A stretch of 64,000 bases of DNA from Gnetum montanum. Taxonomy: Eukaryota > Plantae > Gnetophyta. Positions 23,760 through 36,399 of this stretch are shown one piece after another. The notes under the pieces were generated by a model. The model ran no database searches. It was not told where the DNA came from and saw only the letters and a program-made list of their open reading frames with translations. The stretch's first letter is position 1; the number at the start of each line of letters is the position of its first letter. The position numbers and the translations under genes were made by a program. The DNA lies in contig MNCI01001817.1 of NCBI GenBank assembly GCA_015680685.1, forward strand, positions 842,828-906,827, written 5' to 3'.

Positions 23760-26700
23760 TGACAAAATTGAGCAGAAAACAACGCTGCCCTCTCAACTGA
23801 TTTATAGTTAGTGATTGATTGATATTTTGCTGATTTTTAGGAATTAGTTGATTTGGAGAGATTTTCTTCTTGATTTTCTCTATGTAATCTCTATGTATAA
23901 CTCCACTTGTAAACAAGAAGCAATCAAGTGAAAAGGATTTCCCTTTCTCTTCAAATTTTGTCATGGTATCGAAGCTTTAGGTTTTGAACCCTAGGGACAT
24001 TTTTTTCATTCAGCCTTCATTGCCATATTTCTTCTCCTATTACAGCCTTCATTGTCATTTCTAATTGGGTAATTCAACCCTTATTGCTGTAATCCTCTTC
24101 TTCTCCTTGTTTTTCTTTACCAAAATGTCCGAAGAATCATCCAAGATCACTGTCTACCCAGTGGAAACCTCCACCAACCTGCAACCTGGAGACCTTGAAC
24201 AGATTAATACAACCTATTGACTCAATGGAAAAAACTACTTGAAGTGGTCCCAATTAGTGCGAACAATTCTGAAAGGCAAAGGAAAATCGGATCACATCTT
24301 CGACATAGGACTGAAAGAGGACAATCCCAAGTTTGCAAAATGGGATGAGGAGGATTCAATGATTATGACATGGCTCTGGAATTCAATGTCAATCGAAACA
24401 AGTGACACATGCATGTTTCTTCCCACGGCTCAAGATATCTGGGAAGCCATGAGACAGACTTACTCCAAATTGAAAGATGCTGCCCAAATTTATGAGTTGA
24501 AGATCAAGACAACCACCATCAAACAAGAAAATCGGATTGTAACCGAGTATGCCAACCTTTTAAAGGGACTTTGACAAGAGATGGACCACTACTGTGTTAT
24601 TTAGATGAAATGCAGTGAGGATACCGCAATTCTGAAAAAATTCATAGAAAAAGATCAAACCTATGATTTTTGGCGGGTCTTAACAATGAGTTCGATCATG
24701 TTCGAGTCTAAGTCCTTGGCAAAGATGACCTCCCCCATCTTAATGAGGTAATTTCTATTATATTGGCTGAAGATAGTAGGCATAATGTTATGTTAGTATC
24801 AAAACTAGTTGATGCCTCGACAATGCTAACTAATGGAGGAAGTTGTGGGCCAAGAAGGGAGCAGCAAAATGGAGAGAATGGGAAAGGAAAATTCAAACTT
24901 GGTAGTGGTGAACCTCATGAAAACAGGGACAACATGTGGTGTACCTTCTGCAAGAAACCAAGGCATACGAGGCAAATGTGCTTCAAGCTTCATGGAAAGC
25001 CACCAAGCAAGGAANCAAATGTGCTTCAAGCTTCATGGAAAGCCACCAAGCAAGGAATGGGGAAATAAGGGTGGACAGCAAAAAATTCAAGGTCAAGCAA
25101 ACCAAGCCTTGTCTTCACAAGAAGAAGAGAAAGCTCTAGAAGCAAGGGAGTTTCACAAAGAAGAGATAGAGAAATTGAAGAATCTTCTAGCCACTCTTGA
25201 AAAAATCTTCAGGTACCTGTTCATTGGTACATTCAAGTGAGCTGTCAATTTTTCATTGTTTAAGTGCCTCCAATTAGTGTTTTAAAGACTCCTGGATCAT
25301 CAATTCGGGAGCCACGGATCACATGTCACATACATCTCATAAATTCAGTTCTTATTTCCCATGCCCTAGTAATCGAAAAATTACCACGACAAATGGATCA
25401 CCAACCACAATTGTCGATATAGGGAATGTTAAAATTAATCATGATATGATTCTTAAAGATGTTCTTCATGTTCCAAAATTGACAACAAATCTCATCTCCA
25501 TAACCAAACTTTCTTGGGATCTAAATTGCAAAGTAACCTTCTTCCCAACTTATTGTCTATTTCAGGACCAAGACTCGGGTAGGATGATTGGACTTCCTAA
25601 GGAGAAGGAAGGATTATACTATCTTGAAAAAACTGAAAAGACAAGTGCCAGTAAGTGGAATCAACCTCTAACCCTCCTATCCGCAAGTCATTCAACAAAT
25701 AAAGGCATGATTTGGCTTCACCACTTTAGACAAGGACATCTTTCATTCAAAATACTTGAAACCATGATCCCTCATTTGTTTAAGGGCTTAGAAAAGAAAA
25801 TGTTTAATTGTGAAACTTGTGAACTCACAAAGCACAAACATGTAGCATTTCCCATCAATAATAAAAGAAGCTCATTTCCATTTGACTTAATTCATAGTGA
25901 TATTTGGGGACCATCTCCAATTTCAAATATTTCTAGGGCACGATGGTTTGTTTAATTTATCGATGATTGCCCAAAAGTCACTTGGATTTTCCTAATCAAG
26001 CCCAAAATAGATGTTAGTGATGTCCTCCCAAATTTTCATTCCATGATTAAAAATCAATTTGGAGACAGTATCAAAAGGTTTCATTCAGATAATGCCAAAG
26101 ATTATTTTAACCAAACATTGATTACGTTCTTTCAAAAGGAGGGAATCATCCACGAGTCCTCTTGTATCTATGCCCCACAACAAAATGGAGTGGCAGAAAG
26201 AAAAAATGGTCACCTTCTTTCTACAGCTAAAGCTTTATTGTTCAAAAAAAATGTCCCAAAAAATTGCTGGGGAGAAGCTATCCTTACAGCTACACATATC
26301 ATAAATAGATTACCAACTCAAGTGCTCCATTCAAAAAGTCCAATAGAAGTGTTATCTCAGTTCTTTCCAACACTCTGTACTACAAACCATCTCATCCCCT
26401 AGGATATTTGGATGTGTTTTATTTGTCCATATTCATAGTCAAAACAGGGGAAATTTTGATCTGAGAGCCCTCAAAACGGTCTTTGTTGGGTATGCTTCAA
26501 CCCGAAAGGGCTACAAATGCTATCATCCACCAACCAAAAAATTCCTTGTTTCTATGAATGTCACCTTTGTTGAAATTGAGTCATACTTCACACAACCTTA
26601 TCTTCAAAGGGAGCAAACAAAAGTAGAAGATAAGGAGTTCTTTCTTCTTGACCTACCCATAACCAAGTCTTCCTATTCTTTGGTACCACAAACCAAGCCC

Positions 26701-28776
26701 AAGCCTCTTCCTCAAATTGCAAAACAAAATGATGAAGGTAACAAAACCACTACTAACACATGTCATCATCAAGTGTACTCAAGAAGAAAACATCCAAACC
26801 CAAAACCAAGGCAAGTCCAAACATTAGGCTTGAGTGCTAGAAATGAGGTAATACAACATAACCCATGTGATTCTCCTACCGAATCCTTGTCTGATATTAA
26901 CTTACCTATTGCAGTTAGAAAAGGAAAAAGAGAATGCACCAATCACCCACTATATCATTTTGTGTCTTTTCACAAATGTTCCTCAACTCATAGAGCATTT
27001 CTCACAAATCTTAACAATGTGTCTATTCCTTCAACACTATCTAAGGCTTTAAACTATGAAAATTGGAAAAATGTTATGAATGTAGAAATGCAAGCCTTGG
27101 AGAAGAACAACACATGGCAAATAGTGGACTTGCCAAAGGGGAAGAAACCAATAGGATGCAAATGGCTATACACTATGAAATCCAAAGCTGATGGTTCTCT
27201 AGAGAGGTACAAAGCGAGATTGGTAACCAAGGGATACACACAGACGTATGGGATAGACTATCAGGAGACATTTGCACCAGTGGCAAAGATGAATATGGTA
27301 AGAATTCTTTTGTCTCTAGCAGTTAATTATGAATGGCCTTTAAAGCAATTTGATGTGAAAAATGCTTTCCTACACTAGGACTTGGAAGAGGAAATTTACA
27401 TGGAGATTCCGTCGGGCTATAATTAGAATATGGCCTCAAACAAGGTATGCAAATTAAAGAAAGCACTGTACGGCTTAAAGCAATCACCTAGCGCCTGGTT
27501 TGGAAGGTTCACTAAGGTAATGATTGGAATGGGCTACAAACAAAGTCAAGGAGACCATACATTGTTTATTCGACACACTAATTTAGAGGGAGTCACTGCC
27601 CTTATTGTGTATGTCAATGATATTGTAGTAATAGGAAATGATCATAGGGAGATAGAGAGATTGGGCAAGCACTTGGCAAAGGAGTTCAAGATAAAGGACT
27701 TGAGAAATTTGAAGTATTTCCTAGGTATAGAAGTGGCACGGTCAAAGCAGGGAATTTTCATGAGCCAACAAAAATATACCCTAGATCTTCTAAGAGACAT
27801 GGGAAAATTAGCTTGCAAACCATCAGGCACACCTATGGATCCCAATCATAAGCTTGGAGAAGCGAAGGAAGATGTGGCCATCGACAAAGAAATGTATCAA
27901 AGATTGGTTGGTAGGCTTATTTATCTATCACATACGCAACCTGATATAGCCTATGCAATGAGTGTGGTAAGCCAATTCATGCACAATCCTAAGGAGGTTC
28001 ACTTATAGGCAGTCTATCACATCTTGCACTATTTGAAAGGGTCTCCAAGTAAATGCATCTTATTCAAGAAAAGTGATAGACTCACACCAAAGGCTTATAC
28101 AGATGCAAACTATGTAGGCTTAGTCACAAATAGGAGATCCACCACCGAGTATTGTACCTTTGTCGGAGGAAATCTAGTCACCTAGAGGAGCAAGAAGCAA
28201 AATATAGTAGTAAGATCCAGTGCTGAATCTAAATTCAGAGTAATGGCACAAGGAATATGCAAACAGTTATGGCTGAAGATTATCCTAGAAGATCTAAGAG
28301 TCCAGTGGGAAGGACCTATGAGATTATATTGTGATAACAAGTCAACTATTAGCATCGCCCACAATCCCATGCAACATGATCGGACTAAGCATATTAAATT
28401 GATAGGCACTTTATCAAAGAAAAACCCGAGAGTGGTCTCATTTGTACACCTTATGTTTCTTCCAACTCACAACTGGCAAATGTTCTCACTAAAGAACTTT
28501 GCAATCCTCTTTTCCAGACATTGGTGTCCAAGCTAGGAAAGGACAATGTCTATTCACCAACTTGAGAGGGAGTGACAAAATTGAGCAAAAAATAGTGCTA
28601 CCCTCTTAGCTGATTTATAGTTAGTGATTGATTGATATTTTGCTAACTTTTAGGAATTAGTTGATTTCGAGAGATTTTCTCCTTGATTTTCTCTATGTAA
28701 TCTCTATATATACCTCCACTTGTAAACAAGAAGCAATCAAGTGAAAAAGATTTCCCTTTCTTTCCAAATTTTGTCA
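23760..28776 (+). mobile_element. Full-length Ty1/copia element C (Ale-like) with disrupted gag-pol
   Basis: 204-bp LTRs at 23760-23963 and 28573-28776, with about 17 mismatches counted by eye. TSD ACATC, PBS TGGTATCGAAGC at 23964, PPT before 28573. Domain order gag-PR-INT-RT-RH. Confidence 0.97.
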
Positions 28777-29199
28777 ACATCCTCATGACAAAGCACAGTC
28801 ACACTTACTAGCTAAATATCAAGAGATGAAGCTAGGAAAAGGTAGGTCATTACAAGGATTTCATCAAAGATCAAGTTCTACTTCAAGATTAAATCAATTA
28901 TCATAAATTTTGTTAAAGATAAGTCTAAATCCAATTGAAGTGAATACTTCTAACATGAAAGCATTAGATTTCATTGTGAATTTCACATTGAAAGTTGATT
29001 TGAAAGCTTCTTGAGTTATAATCAAGTTGCATTAGGATATTGAACTTAAGATCTAGCTCTATTCTCAATACTTTTCATTCAATCTTTTCTCAATTCATGT
29101 TATCCATGTCATTTATGACATTTTGCATCCAGAATTACAGAGAAACATTTATGTCAATTCAAACTTCCATGCATACTCTAAAACATGTGAATAAAAGGT

Positions 29200-31235
29200 T
29201 TGGTTTCAGTTTCCCTTGAACTCCAACTCATCAAGGGATCTCATATCAAAGACAAGCTCATCAATGCAAAGGGTTTTGAGATTTCTTGTACCAATGAGGG
29301 TCAAAATTGTAGGCTTGTGCTTGGGATGATTGAAGAGGATTTGGGTGATATTTTGGATTCTTTGCTCTTCACTATAACTAGCTTGAAATGCATATAAGCC
29401 CCTAATGATGCTGTACAATCTCTCAAAAAAGAAATCAAGGGATTCACCTCTTATCATGTAGAAGTTCTCAAATTCAGTCCTTACCTTCAATTGCTTCACT
29501 TGCAACACCTCACTTATGCCATGATATTCTTGCACAAGTGCATCCCAACAAGCCTTGGCATCTCCCTTGTTGATTATCTTGGCCCCAATGCTCTCCCTCA
29601 AAGAGCTGGACATGATCATCTTGGCCAATGCATTCTTCTTCTTATCTTCATTTTGCTTCCTCATTTGAACTTGGCAAAGGAGAGAGGTGTCAACCACATT
29701 AAAGTCATTTTCCACTACTTTTAGGCATCATTGAGCTCAAACAAGCTCCTCATCAACATGCTCTACTAGGTGAAATCCTTCTTTCCATCAAGGATGATGG
29801 AACACTTCGTCACTTCTTTTAACATCCTTAGACCTCAACAACAAGCTCTAATACCAAATATCGAAGATGGCAACAAAATAAGTTCTCATTTTTCTCTCTA
29901 AAACTTTTTCCCCAGCTTCAAAATTCAGCCGAAAATTTGACCATCAATGGTAGTTGACTTGTGGTATTGTAGACCACAAGTTGTAGTTAGGTTGTGGTGT
30001 ACTCATGTCTGGAACCATAGGTTGTGGTCAAGTCGTGATGTGTCCTGGAGCCAAGGACAAACACCATGAATCATGGATCAATCATGGGATGAAGACCATG
30101 AGTCATGGTGTAGTCATGGTTGGCCTAACCACGAGTCGTGGTCAAGTCATGGTTGCTCAAAAATTGATAACTTTATGCCTCAAACCTCCTTTGCAATTTT
30201 GATAGGACCATGAGTCATGGTTGACTCACACTGTAAGACCATAACTTATGGTGAAGTTGTGGTAGACAAAAATAGTGGATTTTTTTCTCTGCTACACCAC
30301 GATTCATGGTGAGGTTGTTGTCTAACTCTAAGGATACCATGAGTCATGGTTAACTCATGGAAAAGCTGGGATGCCAAAATTGACCCTAAAATGATGCAGA
30401 AACAAAGAGCTAGCTAATCCAAGCTAGCAAAGGATGAGATGAACGACTATGAAACAACACTGAAAATCCAAAATGGCTAAGATTTGGGGGCCTTCTATCC
30501 ACTCAAAGAGTTGAAATGAATTTTCAGCAGAACTTGCTCTAATGGATCCTTGGTTAGGCAAAAAAACCCCTCCATCAACTTGAAATCCTTCTTTTGCAAA
30601 CTTGCAACTACAAGGAATCCACCAAGTGCAACAATGGAGATTGATCTCCAAGCAAGATCTTCTTCTCTTTCTTCTCTTGATTAATAATAGAGATGATATT
30701 GAATTGGAACAAGGTTGAAATTGATAAAAACAAAGAGATATTGAAATAAAATTGAAATTAATAAAACAACTAAAATGAGATATGAGACAATGATATAAAG
30801 GCAAACACCTCTCTTCTTCTATTGCTTCAAGCTTCAATCATACATTAATGAAGTTTTCTAGAATGCCTCATGTTTGGGGAGAGCCCATAGAAGAAATAAA
30901 TAGAAATGTGAGGATGTGCTTAGGAGCACACTCAATTTTAAGCATGGTTGCAAATGACCCATCTAATCACCAACTAAATCATAAAGAGAAGAGGCTTGTG
31001 GTCCCAACTCATGAGAATGTGCCACCTATGTACTTCATGTGGTCCCAACACAAGGAGAATAGCCACATAGGGCCTTGGGTGGTCCCAAGGGTGAGGTGTA
31101 CGACATGTGGCATTAGAAGACCTACATTTGACTTCACTTTGAATTATCCTTCCCTTTCTTTTTTGAAATGCAAAATTGTGTCATATGACACATTACATGG
31201 TGACATGGACCTACATATTACATGACTCAACAACA
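29200..31235 (-). mobile_element. Copia-family 5' LTR plus gag, no pol seen (ends approximate)
   Basis: PBS reverse complement GCTCTAATACCA at 29845-29856. Gag ORF 29206-29715 (AKACWDALVQEY, ESLDFFFERL), with N-terminus related to the copia A and D gags. Confidence 0.75.
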
Positions 31236-33229
31236 TGGAAAATAAATCTAACTCCTATAATGACATAGAAAATAAAATAAACATGAGGGAAGCACACATT
31301 AGGGTACAAATATTGTAATTTAATAGTCATAAATTAACATCCTAGATTTTCCCCGTTCCATTAGACTCATAGATATATATATATCAAAATCATCCTTGAG
31401 AAGCTATTTAAATAAAAATCAGGATCTAGATCTAAGGATTAAGCATTCAAGGAGGTCATCAATCAAATTGTAGCAAGAAATCAAGAATTCAACAATTCTT
31501 TGGATTTTAGAATTCCACAAAATAAACATAAGTCCAAGGATACTCTCACTTTTTACCTACAGTACCAATCATCATATCAAGGATCCTTAGCTCTTGTTGA
31601 TAAATATTTATGCTAAAAATGCCCCGAATCGTTATGGGTGCTTCTGAATCATTACAAAAACAACTCTCATCCAAATCATTTAGGTCTAAGAGTGCTTAGG
31701 ACAGGTGAAGAGATTCAACAACAAAATCATGAATTCAATAATTCAAAGATCTAAATGACAAATCTTGCCAAAGTTTGTCAAATGTAAAAATATATATAAG
31801 GCAAAGCACATAAGCCAAAAAAGATATTGAGATAATTAGACAAGGTTATCCATCACCAAACATAGCAAGAGAATTATCATCTTACCTTCTTACTTACCAA
31901 GGGCAATTTATTTATATGCTAGATTGTTGCTCAACTTTGATTTTCTTTTATTTGTTGCCCTTCGTAGCAACTATAATCTTCTTTTGTTGCTATTCCTTTT
32001 CTTTTTCAGCCAAACTCCTTTGTGGTTGTGCTCTCCTTCTTTCCCCATCTGCCCTCTTCTCTCTTCCTCTCCTCTCTCTTTGAAACTACTAGAGAAATTC
32101 AAGAGATACTAGGTTGTTTCTTGCAAATGATTCTTTCTTGACAAGTGTTCTTTCTTTTCTTTGCAATTTATTTAATTTTCATTGTAACAAGTCATAAATT
32201 CAATTCTTTCCATGATCACTGTTTAAAATTAATCAAAATATATACTAATTGGTTGCAAGTTTAATTCCCAAATCTACAACCTTCAACATGTTAGAATTCC
32301 TCATGATCCAACATAATTAAAAATTGACATATACAAAGCATTCAAACATAATACCCATCTTCATTTCTTCTTCTTATCTTAATAACATATCATTTCTAAA
32401 TTTACCAACAATTAGTATGTAGTTGTGCCTCATTTTACAACAGCATCACTTCTTTTGAATCATGTCATAAGATACAAAAAAAGAGGTTTCAAAGTGAAAA
32501 CATGATAAGTTGTAAGTACAAGATATAATGCAAAATTTTCCACTTTATATTCATGACTTATTATTGCATTTTCTTATCATGCCTTGAAAAGTTATCACAT
32601 GAATTTCTACAGCCATGGAGGGGGTACTTATATTCTATTAACTAATAAAACTCTAAAAAATCGTGCATCATAAATATACATAATATTCAACATATTCATT
32701 ACTTAAAATAAGACAACCATGATTTACATAATATTCCTTATTCATAGGTTAGATTCCTTCCACTTAGTACTTGCATCTTGTAATACACAACACACATTAT
32801 TATAACTTCAATTTAATCACAATGAAGAAATGCAGGTCATTCAACAAATCACCAACACACCATTCAACCAATGCATACAAGAGATGTTATTCAAGATATA
32901 GGTCATGAGCATATCAACAACACTCAAATCTAGCATAATTATGCAATCATAGATAGATCAACAAGTCAGCATCAAATCATCCAAATCATCAATATAAGAA
33001 CATCAATAGCTCTTCAATCCATCAGCACATCAATAACACTTAAACCTACCACCATCATCAAATAATAGATAGTTCTACAAATTAGCACTAAACCACACAC
33101 ATCATCACAGCCAAGCAGACTCATAGGGACTACCACAAATATCAAGACGAAAACCTAAGAGAAATAGGCTGTTACAAAGAAACATTTGATATTTTATGAA
33201 CATTTGTTTTATCCATTTAAAGGCTTTGT

Positions 33230-33960
33230 TCATCTGACTCCTATTCAACTAATATTCAAAGGTACATTCCATATCCTTACATATCTAAAATAAATATGGA
33301 GATATTGGATCCTCTTGGTGAATTCCATTCCCATCTCCAAAATCTCTCTCCATAACCAATGATCAACGAGAACATTGAGCTGGCAAATCATTAGAGTAGT
33401 TAGCATATCATATGTTATGAAAATCCAGCTGTAACACAAATCCCACATATTCTAAATCAACTCCTTCATAAGCCTTATATATGTCTAATTACAAGGCCAG
33501 ATATTACTGATAAACAGAAGCATATACACTTTGTAGAACATACAAAACTAGATCTACTATGCATCTGCCTTGTACAAATCAGCTTATTCTAGTGCCACCA
33601 AATTAGGAAGGATCTTCTTTAGCTGCAAAAAAGGAAGTTCACGGTGACTTTTATAGAGAATCGTACAAAGATTAGTAGGCCTGAAATCCTCAATATCATT
33701 TGTTCAGTATTCTTCAGATGAAAGATCCAAGTACAATTGAATTTATTTAGAATCTCGTTCGCCATCAAGAAACTGAAAATAATGTTAATTATATCCTCCC
33801 ATACTAGGTTTCAAATGTTTGCATATGATACACATTGGCCCCTGGGCTTTATGGTTAAGGATATTGAACACCATCTCTTTTATCTCGTCTTCCATTATTT
33901 TACTATTTAGAATAGTAAGATTATCATCTTTCATGCTGGAGCCTCCTGCTAATGCACTTG
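33230..33960 (-). mobile_element. Old LINE RT fragment
   Basis: With frameshifts: DFRPTNLCTILYK, LKKILPNLVALE, LDIYKAYEGV, GIHQEDPISPYLF. Confidence 0.8.
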
Positions 33961-34273
33961 ACTACTAGCCCTATCCCTTCTGATAGCTGAGTCTTTTTTT
34001 CGAAAACAAGGAAAATTAACCAATTTTAGACAGACGTGTTTCTTGGTTTATAAAAAATTCTAAAGTTTTTTTTTTTTTTTCCCTTTTGAAGCTTTAACCA
34101 TCATAACAGTTTTTTTTTTTTTTTTTTTTTTGTTAATACTTATCCATTCACCAAGATGCTATAGACTTGGATAGCATAAAACTTTTGCAAGGTATGCAAT
34201 CAGGGGGAAATATTAAATCAGGAAGCACTATATCTCTCAAGGTCTATGGAATTGTAGAAAACTGTTTCCATAC

Positions 34274-34378
34274 CTCCAGCACATTGCAGCCTAGAAAACG
34301 ATTTCTTTGCTGCCAAACATACTCGGCCAAAACAACACTACATGACCATATAAATAATCCATAATCTTCTTGCATCAC
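34274..34378 (-). CDS. METTL23: METTL23-like methyltransferase, coding exon 2
   Basis: VMQEDYGLFIWSCSVVLAEYVWQQRNRFLGCNVLE, 105 bp, CAG/GT boundaries. Joins exon 3 in phase 0 (VLE|LGAG). Confidence 0.95.
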
Positions 34379-34995
34379 CTGCTATTAAATTGAAATAAGT
34401 CAAAAAAAAACATAAAAAGGCTCAAGTTAACACAAATATAATAGTAATTCTAAACAAATAGTTCTATGTATCGGTATTTAAGATCTCCAAAGTTAAATAA
34501 TTTAATTGTTCAATCTATGTGATAAATCAATGCTCTGGTTTTCTACAAATCGCTATTTAAAAAATGAAAATTATGGCTCAAATAATGAAGCGTATTCTCT
34601 TGATGAAAATTTAATAATGACCGACATACAGTACATTACTTTATGGTCTTGAGAGAGGCAGATGCCTAACAGTGTTCAAGAGAAATTTCTAAATTCCCAG
34701 GGGAGTGTTTTTTAAGGAGAAAATGAGAATAAATTATTTGTATAATTAGTTCGCTACTACCACCAGTGGCCTTTGCTTAGTCAATTGAATCAGTTTTGTA
34801 TTAATGTTGTAATCTGTGATATTTTAATTGTCAAAATTGCATTAAATGCTTAAATAGTTCCTTTATATATTAAAGGATGTCAAATTTTATGGAATTGAAC
34901 ATGGCATTCATGATTCGTATCTGCACTCCAAATCTAAAATTTATTACGACCAAAATTAATTTCTGTTTGGTCCTTCATGTTTCCTACACAAGGAA

Positions 34996-35091
34996 ACGCT
35001 GAATTTCATCATTGATAGAGAATGTGCAAGGTTGGAGTATGCTACGCTAAATTTCATCATTGATGGCGAATGTGCGAGGTCAGAGTGTGTT
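34996..35091. repeat. 48-bp tandem duplication in intron 1
   Basis: ACGCT(G/A)AATTTCATCATTGAT... present twice. Confidence 0.75.
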
Positions 35092-35285
35092 TAGAAAGGA
35101 AGGAAAGCCCGTTTGGAAAATCCTATTAACACTAATTGGCAAGAAGTGGAGGTGCTGCCGAAATTGAGAGTTTCCGTTGCCATTTTCGAGGCTTTATTCT
35201 TGTACTGTATTTGTAAGAAACACTATAGAATTAACGTTACGACTTCCGAATTCAGGAGAGGAAAAACACATGTGAAAATGTTGAC

Positions 35286-35351
35286 CTGTCGAATCATTAC
35301 ACGTAATTTATCAGAGTCGTCTTCGTAGCAGTGCTCCGACACAGATATCAT
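35286..35351 (-). CDS. METTL23: METTL23-like methyltransferase, coding exon 1 (ATG at 35351)
   Basis: MISVSEHCYEDDSDKLRVMIRQ followed by a GT donor. In-frame TGA upstream. Resembles plant METTL23 N-termini. Confidence 0.85.
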
Positions 35352-35680
35352 CTTGCCTGATCTTCAATCTCGCCCCAGCCACGTGTGTACAGTGTTTATG
35401 TATTTCACCAGGGTTAGCCTTCGGCTACTTCAAAGATTGTTCGGTTAACGTCAGTTTTATAGGACGTACTGCTGTGAGCAAAACAAACGTAAACCCAAGC
35501 CGTCTGAACCAGGTAGCCAAAACTACCCTTGGTTTTTTATTTTGTATAAATATGGAGACTCTAAGGTTCGCTTTGATCGGTTTCTGCATTAGACCACATG
35601 CCTCCAAGCGGGTAGAGAGCTGCTGTGACAGAGCTTTGAGGCCAAACTTATGAGCCAAACCGTGAGGCATAGCCGCTGCT
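35352..35680 (-). promoter_or_regulatory. Putative 5'UTR/promoter of the METTL23-like gene
   Basis: CpG-retaining island in CpG-depleted surroundings, directly upstream of the ATG. G-box CACGTG at about 35381. Confidence 0.6.
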
Positions 35681-35859
35681 TAATCACCCTCAATTATTTA
35701 TAGGTTTCATTATTTAAAAAGATTTTCCACTAGTGCTCAATTACCTCCAATTGTTCATCGGTGTCATCATCTAAACCTTTTAACTATAAAGTTTTAGTTT
35801 TATATATACCATATTTTTTTTTACTGTAACTTTAGAGTGATTTTGCTCTGAGGAGATCT

Positions 35860-36315
35860 TTCAACGAATTTGGGTAAATGCAAATGCAGGATAACTTGCA
35901 TTCACATAAGTGGTTATAGATCTATAAGCTTAAATAATTGTAATAGAGGTACACCCTAAGGTATATAGTCTAATTAGAATTTTATAATTCGACATTATCC
36001 ATAATCTTTTAACAAATTTGAGTAAATGCAAATGCAAGAGAACTTGCATTCACATATGATTATAGATCTATAAGCTTAAATAATTGTAAGATAGGTACAC
36101 CCTAAGGTATATAGTCCAATTTGAATTTTATAACTTAGCATTACCCACCATTCACACATATGTTTACAAATTTATAAGCTTACATAATTGTAACATAGGT
36201 ACACCTTAAGATATATAGTCCAATTAGAGTTTTATAACTTGGCATTACCCAGCAAAATCAGACCCATGACTTGTAGTTTTCAAATCAAGTGTATTACTAG
36301 GCTAACACCTCATTG
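35860..36315 (-). mobile_element. tRNA-derived SINE-like element with tandemly triplicated body
   Basis: Minus-strand head TAGCCTAGT...GGGTCTGATT (A/B-box-like) at 36315-36255. Three copies of ...GGTACACCCTAAGGTATATAGTC... A second copy lies at 54454-54570. Confidence 0.6.
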
Positions 36316-36399
36316 TTTTCTTTTTCATTTTGAAATAGAGGAACAAACAAATAATGCAATTAAAAATCCTCCATGGTTTATGCATGATACTTTTTTAGT

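Noticed and set aside
24973-25057. 42-bp exact duplication in the copia C zinc knuckle
   Set aside because: Identical copies separated by a single n, which indicates a contig-overlap artefact rather than biology.
33245-33448. Extra host exon or ORF in intron 2
   Set aside because: Other frames give LINE RT motifs.
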